DNA of 61,951 nucleotides, the filler included, from Basidiobolus ranarum (Eukaryota), in assembly GCA_040143965.1 (NCBI GenBank). It is 10 parts of 10 records of this genome, joined end to end, with 100 filler letters (N's around TTAATTAATTAA, not from the genome) between each part and the next. Parts side by side here need not be neighbours in the genome. Positions count along the whole stretch, not along the records: positions 49,670 to 55,761 come from JASJQH010001412.1; positions 55,862 to 61,951 come from JASJQH010001413.1; 8 more parts are not named here. One strand, written 5' to 3'. Position 1 is the first letter of the stretch, and each line of letters starts with the position of its first letter. Of the stretch, positions 49,670 through 61,951 are shown piece after piece. The translations under genes and the position numbers were made by a program. The notes under the pieces were generated by a model. That model saw nothing but the letters and a program-made list of their open reading frames with translations. It did not search any database and was not told where the DNA came from.

Positions 49670-52071
49670 GCGGTCTAAATGGCTTACTGACCGGAGTTGA
49701 ACTCGATGAATCGTTTACTTCACGCTTGCCAAATCCATTCGGATTAGGAATCGTACCTGGACCTAACACAGCAAGCAAGTCAGGTGCACTATTATTATTG
49801 ATTGCCATATTTCTGAACGGCTTGTTGACATTTCGCTTCTCACCTACTGCGCCTGAAGAAGGAGTAAAACCACCAGTAAATCCCGAGAACAATGATTGTG
49901 GTTGAGAGACGGTGGTCGAAGGATATACAGTGGTTGGAACTGGAGCGGTAGGTATTTCACTCAGCGAAGAGAAAAAACTTCCACTACCCACTGTAGAATA
50001 ATTGACTGGAGTAATACTGGTATTCGTAGGGTGATGATTCTCATTAGGACCAGATAGAGAAAATTCAGGTAAAGTTTCGCCACTAGTAGGGCCAAACAAC
50101 CGATACCCACCAGTATAGGCGTTATCGAGACGGCCCAATCTTCGAGCCTTGTTCAATTCCTCCATAATAGACCACTTTTCGTGATCTAGTCGTTGCAATT
50201 TCTCTTTGATATTTCGTTCAAGATCTTGAAGCTGCAGATAATTCTGAAAAAGAGCCCTGTGTTCTTGGTCCAGAGATTTCGTCTGATTTCTTAACTTATT
50301 GTCAGGCTCGGCAATCCTTTCGTTTTCATTCAAAATTCTCTGAAACTCATCTTTTTTGTCAGCTATTTCATTCCATAACTCTTCTTTCGTCATCGTAACA
50401 TTCGAAAGCTCCTTTTCAGCAAATGAAATATCATTATGAAGCTTTTTAATCGACTCTTCTAACTCGGCTTTTTGATTGTTAAATTCAACCTTAGCTTTTC
50501 GAATTTTATCTTTGGCAGTTTCTAATGAGTTTTTATGGCTTTCCTTTTCCTTTTCTTTATTACGAAGAGCATCGAAAGAATGTTGTTTAGCATTCTGTTC
50601 AAGTTTCAACTCTCGTTCTAACTTCGTACGTGCGGCCTCTGCTTCAATTTTAGAATCATCCAGCGATTTGAGTCGACTTTTTAATTTCATTTTAGGTTCC
50701 TCTTCGGCTCTTTTAAGTGCACGAAGACGTTCCAATTCGTTCCGTATCTTCTCCTCTTCGTTCTTGGATTGTTTCTCTACTTCCTGGGCATTTTGTGCTA
50801 TTTCTTGACGCTGTTTCTTAACAATATCGCATTCGCTCCGCAATGCATCTATTTTTTCCTCAGTAATCGCCATTTGGGAAGTATCTTCTTTTTTCGTATC
50901 ATTCTTAGTATTGAGTGTAGAATCAAAGGATTCTACAGGTTTCGATAGGGTCTCTTTTTTTACTATAATGGTAAGTAAAAAAGTTAATACTTGAAGTAGA
51001 TATCCATTCATCAAATCAAGGGAAGGAGTGTACCTTTATTAGGTGCAGGGAATGAGACCGGAACGATGGGTAGCGTTTTGATAACGATACATTGTGAAGG
51101 GGTTCGTATACGAGAATTCGAAACTGCCCATACGCGAATTTTATACCAAGAATCTGCAGAAAGACCCATGATTTCCACTGAAGTTTCTTGTTTATCCGAC
51201 TCTCCTGCCAATACACCATTAATTTCAATAAGGTATTTCTCTACAGATGGTTTTTCGGGAAGTGTCCAATATATACTCGTTCCAGTTTCTTTTATATTTT
51301 TTATATATATCACTGGCGGCTTGGGAATCACTAATCCGAAGAAGAGGCCAACTTTGTCAAACGATGAATGAACGAAAAATGCAAAATGATATAATATCCA
51401 TAGGAACCCAAAAGAAGTACAATGAGCTGCTACAGGCGCCATAAACTCCGGAGGTAGCGTATTACACCATGGTAACCAATATCTAGCTGCTGAAAGTATC
51501 GACACTAACATCCAGCCAACGATATCTAATCCGTGAAAGCCGTGGACCAAGGAAGCATTGACTACTGACGAAGCTAAGAAGTTGGTGACTCGATATGAGA
51601 CTAACAAGTAGGTCAACGCACTTGTTGTAAGTATTAAAGTGAAAAATACAATGAACACCGCTATACTGATGGAGAAAGCGTTGAAAAAAATTGTAAAAGT
51701 GAAATAAGAAAAGAGCAACCATTCAATAGGGATGTTAAAGCAATAGTCAAGCAAGATCATAATCAGACAAACAAGAATTACACTGAAAGCGCGGTGACTG
51801 TTAATAAAAATTGGAAGTTAGATACCCGTAAATAGCAAGGCGATAAGCGTCAGAAAGTCGAATAACACAACAACGTCATAAATGTCCAACCACAGAGAAA
51901 ATTTCAAAGTACAAAACGAGAGTTAGCGAAGGATATTTTAGAGATAAAAATAACACGAAAATACCGGTCCAATGAAGCCGCAAGACGGTCGATGAAATTG
52001 GCATCTTTTATAAATGGAGAAGAACCAGGTCTCCGCCAAGTAGTTCTCGAGGTGAGATCATCAGTATCCAT
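49670..52071 (-). CDS. Multi-pass membrane protein: macoilin-like TM region + FN3 domain + long coiled coil + low-complexity tail (3'-truncated)
   Basis: Three exons (starts MDTDDL..; introns ~51964-51800 and ~51034-50965). Hydrophobic block ending PVAAHCTSFG; FN3 IYWTLP..YLIEING....L....WYKIRVWAVS; ~240 aa coiled coil. Confidence 0.85.
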
Positions 52072-53784
52072 TCAAGTTTATCAAAAACAACTGGTTGATG
52101 TAAGCTCAAGTAATTTAAAACGGTAACAGTGAATGGAGGTAGAAAATAGTAAACGAAAACCAATATACAAAATGAATAGAGTAAGTGTAGAGTTTTGAAA
52201 GGCAAAAAACGTACAGAAACTAGCCCAACAAATTTCACCACACGTTCACCTCTGGAAATAAATCTGTGGATAACCCCTCGATGTAAAAGTAAACTCATAT
52301 CTTACCCATCTGTGGAAGTAATGCTCATAACTCTACCATCCAATCCGATGTTGAGACGGAAAACATCGAAAACCACTGAATACCATACCATTCTGATGAA
52401 GATAAATATCGCCAATTCCAATTGCAGACCTCCGATGCTCAAAGCGTTTAACCTCAACGGCATTTCCTCGCTCTCCGTAATGACGTACAAAAGCGTACTG
52501 TTACACTGGCTATACGAAATATGATTTATCGCCTTTTTAGCCAATCTTGCTATGTTGCTTCCATACACAGGTCATGAAGCACATTATAATCATTGTCTTA
52601 TCTGAATCTAGATCAGACACTTAGAGCAAGAGGACGCTCGCATTTATATGTATCAACTACAAATTAAGATTTTTTCAAAAAAGGGCATAATCCTCATGAC
52701 TGGCAAATACATCTGTCATACCACATATTAGCCTTGCCTTGATACCATGCTTAGCTCTGAGGATAATATGTATTGTTGTCTCAATTCCATATACAATTGT
52801 TGTACTAGAGCTGAATTAAGGGGTACAACTGGATTTAAAGAGACTATACCTGCATTGACAGAGAAGCTAAGGGGATGAATAAAATTTTCGGTATTTTGGA
52901 TTACTACATGAAAATTGTGGATTTCGAATATATGCCAATCCATCGTTAGCAACTGCGGCTGTTTACTATGAAAATGTTTCTCCTTCACTAGACAAGTCAG
53001 GATGAGGTCAATAGACCCATTCTTTGTTACCTGGCTGAGCAACTAAAGCATATATATATAAAATAACATGTTTGACTGCTTAAACCAGCGTAGGTTCTGA
53101 CCAACTTGAAAAGAATGTGGAATTGGTTTTTGCCTGTTAAAAGGAAGCACTACGTATTTTTTAAGCTGGTTGCGAATCTTGAACATAATTGGATTCAGAC
53201 CATGAAGAATCATTCTCTCTTTGAACATCTCTAAAATTCCGGATCTATAATAAAAAGAAAGTCTAATCTCGCTGAGTGGACCTGCAAGAAGCAGTGATGG
53301 ATCTTGTCAATGTTGTAATAGATTCCCATCACGATAAGGTGTCTTGGAACTTGCTATACCTCTCATCTCTTTGCTAATTTCTCTCTACTTTGTTGGTAAA
53401 GATTTACGATAGCAATAGAATTAGTGCCTTTAATGTTATGCATACATATATAAATTTCATCGATTCTTTGGATATTTTTGATTGTCATTCGTATCACTGC
53501 TACTATAATTGTTAAAGAACACTTATTGGTACATTGAGCATATACAGTTAATGATACTTTAACTTTACTTAAATGGTATAGTTTCGTCAGAACCATTGGG
53601 TCTTTTGGATGATATAATTGAATTACAAGCTAGCTCCTTCAGGCTAGGGGGTAATTAGAACTTGGTTCAGAATATTGAATAAATTGGAATTGAGCAGACT
53701 CAGGCTGGAGTCGAATATTTAATATATTATATATAGTATCATTTTGCAATATAAAAACTAAGCGAGCACAATAATTTCTTATGA

Positions 53785-55607
53785 TTAGCTCATAAACCCC
53801 TTGAAATATTCATCAATTTGGCTTGTGTTTTGAAGGTAAACGGCAAGTCTCAAGTAACCATTGGGACGAATAATTAAAGCCACTGGGTCATTGTTGGTAA
53901 ATCCAAACTTAATTTTTACGTCATCGAAAGTCACATTAAAAATGTTTTCTGGTCCGAAATTTTCCTTCAAAATAGAAACTGTGGTTTTGTCGGCATTGTT
54001 TGTTTCGTCAGTAATAACTAAAGGCTCAATAAATGAAGTAGCACCATCGTAGGTGCTCCGGAGTTGTGCTATCATGGATACCAGTGTTTGTGTTGCATCC
54101 ATGGATGTACTATTTAGTGGCACCCACAAGAGGAGGTGGAAGGTGGTAGGTTTGGAAAAGAAATCGTATAAACTTTTAGTCTCCAAGCCATGAACTGTGA
54201 TATCAGGGACACGACGGCCAGATTTAATACATGTGGGTCCTCGGCTTATCCAACCTCCATGAGGAATAGTGAGTGGACCTGAAGGATATTCAGTAGTAAA
54301 CCCAACCAGTTTCTGAGTTGCTATTTCTCTGGCAAATGGAATAGAACCCACGACATACACCAATTGACTCCTAATAGACGATAAAAATGATACATTACTC
54401 AAGAAGGTTCGAAGTAATGCTCCACTTGCATTAAGTACACCGGATGCAATAGGACCTCTTTCTTCAGTGTAACTAGAAATCAGGGTGGATCTCCTCCCGT
54501 GATGATGTTCAATTACTCCAAGCTTCCATGCCAAATTATAGCCATCCTGAATTCCTGTATTCATTCCTTGTCCACCAGCTGGACTGTGAATATGAGCGGC
54601 ATCGCCACATAGGAATATCCTTCCTTGACCATAATCTTTAACTTTGCGTTCATTCACTTGGAAATCGGTGAACCATATAACCTTCTTTACATCGAATTTA
54701 AACGGTGAAATAAGATCTTTTGCTAATTTGATGTATGCCTCTTCAGTAAGGTTGACATCTAGTACATCAGTACTTTCCGAATCGACGAAAACCTGGTAAG
54801 TGTTCTCACCCATTGGTATTAACAACAGGGAATTCGGCCCATTCCAAATCATGCTAACAATACAACACGATTAACAAAGAAAAGGATTTTGAAATATGAT
54901 GCTGTACATACTTGAAGTCATGGCAGGAAGGAAGGTCTGTATCTATCTCAACATCCATGAAATACCATTTGTTCTTGATTGACAGCCCTTCAAACTGAGC
55001 GCCTAGCTTCTTCCTTACAGTGCTGTGAGCACCGTCGCAGCCAATCAGATATTTGATCTCAATGGTTTCTTCTTTTTCCTTTCCATCATCACCACGTCTG
55101 GTAACTTTTACCATGACTTTATCTTCAGAATTCTCAAAGTCTATTAACTCAGTGTTTCTTTCAATACTTATTCCGTGAGTAATAGCCAGGTGATTGCTAA
55201 GTATTTTTTCAGTTCTGACTTGAGGCAATGAGAAAATCGCAGCACAGGGTGTATCCAATTGATCTAAAGAAAGTTGAGCGATGGACTTTCCTTCGCTGTG
55301 AAAGTTCAATCTATGGACGTGGAAAGATTTCTCCAGAAACTCGTCAACAACGCCTAAATTACGAAAGACCTCCATAGTCCGAGCGTGGACAGCCAACGCT
55401 CTCGATTCTTTGACATGGCTTGAATTTTCATCTAGTTTAAAGCAAAAGTGTAAAGAAGCTGCCTCGAAGAAGTAGATCAAATGCCCCCTGGCTATGGAGA
55501 CTACCTATTATTCTAACATCAAAGCCCACTTGAGCAAAGGATATAGCACTGGCCAAGCCAACAGGACCGCCGCCGATTACTAAGATTTCAGTCTTTGAGT
55601 GGCTCAT
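53785..55607 (-). CDS. FAD-dependent aromatic monooxygenase (FAD_binding_3, phenol-hydroxylase-like), 3 exons
   Basis: VIGGGPVGL, SRALAVHARTME, LIGCDGAHS.VRK, GDAAHIHSPAGGQGMNTGIQD..NLAWKL, IIRPNGY. Confidence 0.94.
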
Positions 55608-55947
55608 ATTTCGAAGATTGTGTTTGAGAAGCAGATGAGCAACCTCTATATACAGTCGGGGTTAGTAATGTTTCGTCCAAAAATTGCAAAAAAAAGCACA
55701 ATAAACACTCACTTTTCATGTTCAACTTACTCATGAACAACATGGACTAACTTCCTAGAATNNNNNNNNNNNNNNNNNNNNNNNNNNNNNNNNNNNNNNN
55801 NNNNNTTAATTAATTAANNNNNNNNNNNNNNNNNNNNNNNNNNNNNNNNNNNNNNNNNNNNATGAAAGAGGCTTGATTAGATTAAAATTCCCCACAAAAA
55901 CCATCATATATCGAAGACACATGGAAGTGAGTTTGAGGTGGTTGAAA

Positions 55948-57262
55948 TTAATCATTGGCATCACCAATACCATCAGAGTATATAGCACACACTGCTTCTG
56001 ATTCAGGTAAACAAGGTGAGTCATATATTTTACAGATACGAGTCTCACCACGCCCTTTTCTCAAGTATAAACGAGTTGTTGAGGCATGAGCCATGATGTT
56101 TCCACCGATGGGCTTTTTAGGGTCGGCGTTGAACATAGCGGCACCCCCGTCAACTTGAGCTACGACCTGGTTGGTGATTATAACAGCAACACCAAACTAA
56201 GCAAAATGGTATGTTAAAGAAATGGACTCTGATTGGTTATTTTCATATCGAATTTACCTCATCAGCAAGACGCAATAAAGTTCGTAAGAATCGCGCTAGA
56301 TGCATTTGTCGTGCTGATAGCTCACCTCGCCCCGAATAATCTGTACGATACAACGCCGTTGCAGAATCAACAATCAATAAAGCAAATCTTGATTCGGCCA
56401 TCATGGCTGATGCTTGTATTAAAAGTGCTGACTGGTGATCCGCGTTATATGCTCTAGCATATGCTACATTATCCAGTACCTCTTCACCATTCAGACCAAA
56501 CCGTTCTGCAGTAGAGAGTAGGCGTACTGGACGGAAGGTGCCTTCAGTATCAATATACAGACATTTACCTTCTCCACCACCCATTTCAATTGGTAGCTAC
56601 GTGTATCAAGTGATCAATATGATGGCTACATATTTAGAAAATAACCCTTCTTACTTGGCATGTGACTGCAGCTGTATGACAAAGTTGAGATTTTCCTGTA
56701 CGAAATTCTCCAAAAATTTCGGTAATAGAACCAGTTTCGAAACCACCTGTAGTTAAAGATATTTTAGTCAAGTTCTGATGAAAAGGGATACAATGGTACT
56801 GACCTCCTAGTAATTTATCCAATTCTTTGGAACCAGTAGTTATAGATATAAGTTCGCTTCGCCGTTGATGGAATTCTGTAGCAGTAGTGAATCCCATAGG
56901 AACAAGCTTAGAAGCTATGAGGTGTTAATTTTGAAAGACCTCTTTTATCAGTATTATCGTGATCGTATACCTTCAGCAATGATTTTATCCGCTTTTGCCT
57001 CAGAGATACCTCTAACAGTTATCAATTGTTTTTTAGGAGTATAAGCGATCGCTTCCACAGTATAATAACCTGCTTCAACGAGCTTCTTAACATCTGAAGC
57101 ACTAATACCACATTCCTAATGAATAACAATCGTTTGTTTAGTTTGATGAAATAATAAAAAGAAAAAATGTACACCAACTTCAAGTTTTTGTACAGAAAGA
57201 GGGCCGAAAGCTCCCTCTTCTTCAACTGCTTCTAACTCTTCCTCTCGTTCCATTTGTGCCAT
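55948..57262 (-). CDS. RAD51: Recombinase Rad51, multi-exon
   Basis: [75 protein letters not shown]. Confidence 0.97.
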
Positions 57263-58414
57263 TTTAGAGATTATGAGAGAAAAATTGGGACTGACGAAGG
57301 AATAGAATATATCAAAGGCGAATGTAAGTGTGCACTATTGCGAAATAACAATAAAAACTTGGCCCAAAATTCAACCCAGTTGTGACTATGTATCAAGATC
57401 AAAACAAAAACAGCTTTAATCAGATCGGGTGGGAAGGGTCTTTATAGTTGCGTTAAATTTGAAAGACGTCTATATATTCCAATAAAAATGTCATAAATTG
57501 AAGGTATGAATTTTTTTTAATAATTGAAGACATGATCGTGTGCTGCGGCCCCCTCATGTTTAAAAGCAATCAATCAAGTTTTCAACTTGCCGCAGGATTT
57601 GCTAAGCATTTGAAATCAATATTTGTAATCCATATGTTTATAATTGATTTATAGATTATTTAAGTGAATCATTGATTCAGGAAGTAGAAACTACAGATTG
57701 TTACCAACACAATTACCATTGTTTAACTCGATTAATCGATATATAGATATATATGTACATAGTTGAACTTAGATTAGGAACTTAATTGATCACATTGATT
57801 TAACATATTAGATATGCCGACGTAGACCAATTTCGAAAGGAAAAAAATAAACAAATTCAATGAAAACCCGCAACCTGAATGAAAGATTCTGATTAGAAAA
57901 TAAATATGGAATAATATCTTCTACAATCTGATCTTGAATCTGGAACCATTGATCCTCACATGCTTTCCTTCGTATGAAATGTTACATATGATCTTTGGAA
58001 GAAGTTCTGTCACTGGAGGAACAATACCATTTTCGGTGATTGATACAGCTTCAGATACTGAATCTAACTTTCTCTTCTTTACTTCCAGTTCTATAGTGGA
58101 CATCAATTCTTTTTTAAATACAATAAATAAACGCATACTCCATCAAGTTTACAGTTCTTGAATTTTGTGTTGAAGAATATACATACATAACCGTATATAT
58201 CAAAAAAACATTTACGATTTTCCGACCTAGTCCAACTCCTGGGTGACTGCTTGAGATTATCGGCAAATAGATTTATGCTCAATTTGATCGCATTGCATTC
58301 ATTTCCGTGGTGCTTTTTTTTCTTTTTCAAATATTGTGGTTTGTATCGAGAAAATGAATATTTCAAAGCTGTGGCTCCAAGTTCCCATTGTTACGTATAT
58401 TTTTTATATTCAAT

Positions 58415-59145
58415 ATGTCTACGCAAAACATTTGGCTTGCAGCTAGTGATGGTAATTTAGAGGAAGTCAAAGGGTTCTTAGAAGCTGGTATCAGTGTTGA
58501 TGCTAAAGATCAAAATGGATATACCCCTTTGTAAGTTCACTTGTAAATAACAGTTCTTGAGTTGGCTCGTTTACATTATATTAATTGTTATCTTTTTAAG
58601 ACATGCAGCTGTATCGTATGGTCATACCGAGCTAGTCCAATTCTTGTTAGATAGTGGTGCCAACGTTAACATTACCGATTCTGATGGCGATACTCCTCTT
58701 CACGTATGTGAGAATTTCGAAGTCGCTGAACAACTCGTTAAGGCCGGCGCCGATATTCAATTACAAGACGATGAGGGAAAAACTGTAGGCTTTTTTGGTT
58801 TATTTTTTACTAGGGTTTCTCTTTATCACTCATCTAATAGAGATCATGTTATAATAGGCCATTGATACAGCGGAAGAAGAAGGACACTATGATGTGATGA
58901 TCTTTTTACAAGAATACCCTAACAATGTAACTACATTGCCTTTACCTGAAGAAGCTAAAGAAGAACTTGCAAAAAAACTACAACCTGTCGACGTTGATGG
59001 AACGGCATTCATGGAAAAAGCCACCGAAGTTTTACGTCAAGCTGACCTTCAGGGCTTAGATCGTGATGCTGAGCTTCAGAAACTAGTAACTGAAATGGTT
59101 CTTAATCAACTATCCAATGGAGCCTCGTATGAAAATGATGATTAA
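58415..59145 (+). CDS. Ankyrin-repeat protein (YCR051W-like), 3 exons
   Basis: MSTQNIWLAASDGNL..KDQNGYTPL|HAAVSYGH..DSDGDTPLHVCE. Confidence 0.88.
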
Positions 59146-59392
59146 ACCCAATTACTAAATTATACAGTAACATGATCGAAAAGTAAACCTTCCTTTGCTT
59201 TAATTTTATTATTGGAACTAGATTGATGCTATATATGTATGTATGTTAAAGAGTACTCCCACAACTTCGTATACGAAATGTTCACAGTACTTTTATGTGG
59301 ACATAGATGATGAAAGCATACATGGTATAAACAAGAAATGGAATTGTAAAAATAATGCTTAAAGAGTTATCCTGTTGAATGGTGGCGGTGGC

Positions 59393-61025
59393 TTAATTGT
59401 TACGAATATCCTTGAGCATGTCTTCAACATGGTTCATGAACTCACTTGTAGTGACATAGTGAGAGCGGTTCATCTGTTTACCATGGATAGCTAAAGCTAA
59501 ATCCTTAGTCATCTTCCCGTTCTTATCCACGGTATCAATACAGGCACGCTCTAAGTCAAGAGAGAACTTCAGAAGTGCCTCATTGTTGTCGAGTTTGGCA
59601 CGATGGGCTAAGCCACGAGTCCATGCGAAGATAGAAGCAATAGGATTGGTGGAGGTTTCATTTCCCTTCTGGTGTTCACGGTAATGTCTGGTAACAGTCC
59701 CGTGGGCAGCCTCAGCTTCCAAAGTTTTACCATCAGGAGTGACAAGTACTGATGTCATCAAACCCAATGAGCCGAAACCTTGGGCCAATATATCGGATTG
59801 AACATCACCATCATAGTTCTTTGTGGCCCAAACAAAACCACCGCTAGACTTGAGAGCTTGAGCAACCATATCGGCAATGAGACGATGCTCGTACCAGATT
59901 TTCTTCTCTTCGAATTTGTTCTTGTAATCCTTCTCGAAGATATCTTGGAAAATATCCTTGAAACGTCCATCGTATTTCTTAAGAATAGTATTCTTCGTGC
60001 TCAAATAAAGAGGCATATCCTTGCTTAAAGCCATTTGGAAGGAGCTATGGGCAAATCCAGTAATAGAATCATCATTATTATACATGCCCATACCAACACC
60101 GGGGCCCTTGAAGTCATAAACGACCCATTGTTGAGGCTTTTGAGAGGAATCTTCTGGAGTAAAGGTCATCTCGAATCTACCGGGTCCATTTACTACAAAA
60201 TCAGTTGCCCGATATTGGTCACCAAAGGCATGTCTACCAATGACAATTGGCTTCTCCCAGCCAGGAATGATCTTTGGGACATTTTGAAGGAGAATAGGCT
60301 CACGGAAGACAGTTCCGCCGATAATGTTACGAATTGTGCCGTTGGGAGATCTATACATCTCTTTCAAGTTGAATTCTAGATAACAGATATTGTAATGTCA
60401 ATAACAATTTAACCATCAATCCTATATTGTATATGGTGTAAAGGTACCCTTGACTCTGGCTTCATCTGGTGTTATAGTCGCGCACTTTATGCCAACGTTG
60501 TATTTCTTGATAGCTTCAGCTGCTTCCACGGTAACTCTATCGTCAGTCTATATAAATTAAAGCAACATAAGTTTTCGGGAAAATCTTTGGAAATTATAGC
60601 AATCCAAAGTCATACATCGTTTCTGTGCTCCATACCCAGATCGTAATATTTGATATCGAGTTTGACATAAGGGAAGATTAACTATATTTATGAAATATTA
60701 AAATCTTCGTACTAGTATACACCATTTTTACGTACAAGCTTACCTTTTCCTTGATCATTTTCCAGATAATACGAGTCATTTCGTCACCATCGAGGTCGAC
60801 AACGGGATTATCAACGATGATACGCGAGTCTTGAGAGTCTATTAATTTACAGAGAAAGTCAAGATATTAGCAACAAGGGTACTAATACAAACATAGAACA
60901 ATATATTTACAATCTCGCTTAGATAAGAAAGGCTTGGTCCCAAGGGCGTACAAAGTAGGCACAACCTTCTTGGAGCTAGCTCTTAGAAGGCCGAGTGAAG
61001 ATACTGAACGAGCAAGAGAAGACAT
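59393..61025 (-). CDS. IDP1: Mitochondrial NADP-dependent isocitrate dehydrogenase, multi-exon
   Basis: Arg/Ser-rich presequence [73 protein letters not shown]. Confidence 0.96.
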
Positions 61026-61951
61026 AATAAAACTAATAAAGTTGGCGGTCTAGGAAATAAAACCGGGAAGAACGAGCAAGCCTTAAATATCACCGAACTA
61101 CGGTTGTGTACGCCATCTTATATAATGGTGCTAAACCTGATTCAACCGAAGGCAACACCAAATATGGAAGTTTTCAGCTGGCAGTTTCCCCTTTTAAAAG
61201 CCTCTGAATAGCATCATTCTTTTCCTCTCTATACCTGTATTCTAGCATAGAGTCTGAAGCTTTACTAATATTAAAATCGAGAATAAGGAATCAGCTGACT
61301 AGTAGATTTTCTACAATTTGGTCTCTTATAGTAAATCGAGAACATGAGTCATCTTTATGCGAAAGTTGACAAATTATCTGAGTAACAAAGAGATTAAGAG
61401 TCATGAAGTTTGAACCTATTATGTTGATACTTGGGTCTCTACACGAACCTTTTGAGTAGATATTATACTATTGGTACGAGATGTTACGATGCTGAGATTA
61501 ACTGTCGACGAATCTAATCATGGACGTGTAGATGTTGTTGCAAACGAAGATGGTATAAGAGGCGTCATTTCTGCCACTTTGTTAGCTCTCCGATTAGTCA
61601 AATGTGAGCTTAAATAAACCACCACACTTCCGCACATATTGCGAAACAAATAAACTCAATTCTATGTCAACTTATCAGCATCGTGATACACCCAAAAATG
61701 ACAAAAAGTAGCCAGTTAAAGATTTGTTTATCCGATTTTTTGGCAGTAAACATTCGAATACCTTGGCAGATATTATTCGTACCAACTCTAGTTCTACCCA
61801 AACATCACTTCTGTCTTAACAAAATGACCTCAAGCAGCTTAGCTATTTTAGATTCTAGCTATGATGAAGAGGAGGATCTTGATTATGTTGCTGACAATAG
61901 CTACGAGTAGGAGGAGTACGATAGAATAGACTATGGGGTCAGCCCAAGCGA

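Noticed and set aside
61824-61951. Acidic peptide with an in-frame TAG at the window end
   Set aside because: Truncated and low complexity; cannot be assigned.

Overview
This is not one contiguous locus. It is ten unrelated ~6.1 kb contigs (6122, 6121, 6114, 6110, 6109, 6102, 6097, 6094, 6092 and 6090 bp, sorted by length) joined by 100-bp N44-TTAATTAATTAA-N44 spacers, so adjacency across spacers means nothing. The DNA is eukaryotic, AT-rich and rich in short GT-AG introns. Gene content suggests an early-diverging (non-Dikarya) fungus, which is an inference. Contigs 1 and 7 are decayed, CpG-depleted transposon nests (Ty1/copia, plus a CACTA-type transposase). The other contigs carry sorbitol/xylitol dehydrogenase, a fused pseudouridine-5'-phosphate glycosidase/kinase, PIS1, peroxisomal malate synthase, a GH20 3' end, a UCP-like carrier, tRNA-Arg(TCG), RRP15, a DHHC palmitoyltransferase, GPR89/GPHR, SEN15, an FAD monooxygenase, RAD51, an ankyrin protein and NADP-IDH. 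Most interesting: (1) a macoilin-like membrane domain fused to FN3 and a coiled coil; (2) an intron-containing, mitochondrially targeted bacterial-type EF-P with a MGRG loop; (3) a possible splice/poly(A) switch between stand-alone glycosidase and glycosidase-kinase fusion; (4) an IDH lacking the metal-ligand Asp; (5) a CpG-intact 90-bp perfect inverted repeat; (6) a single in-frame TGA in an otherwise intact HypA-like gene. All homology calls come from remembered motifs rather than searches, and gene models were built by eye.
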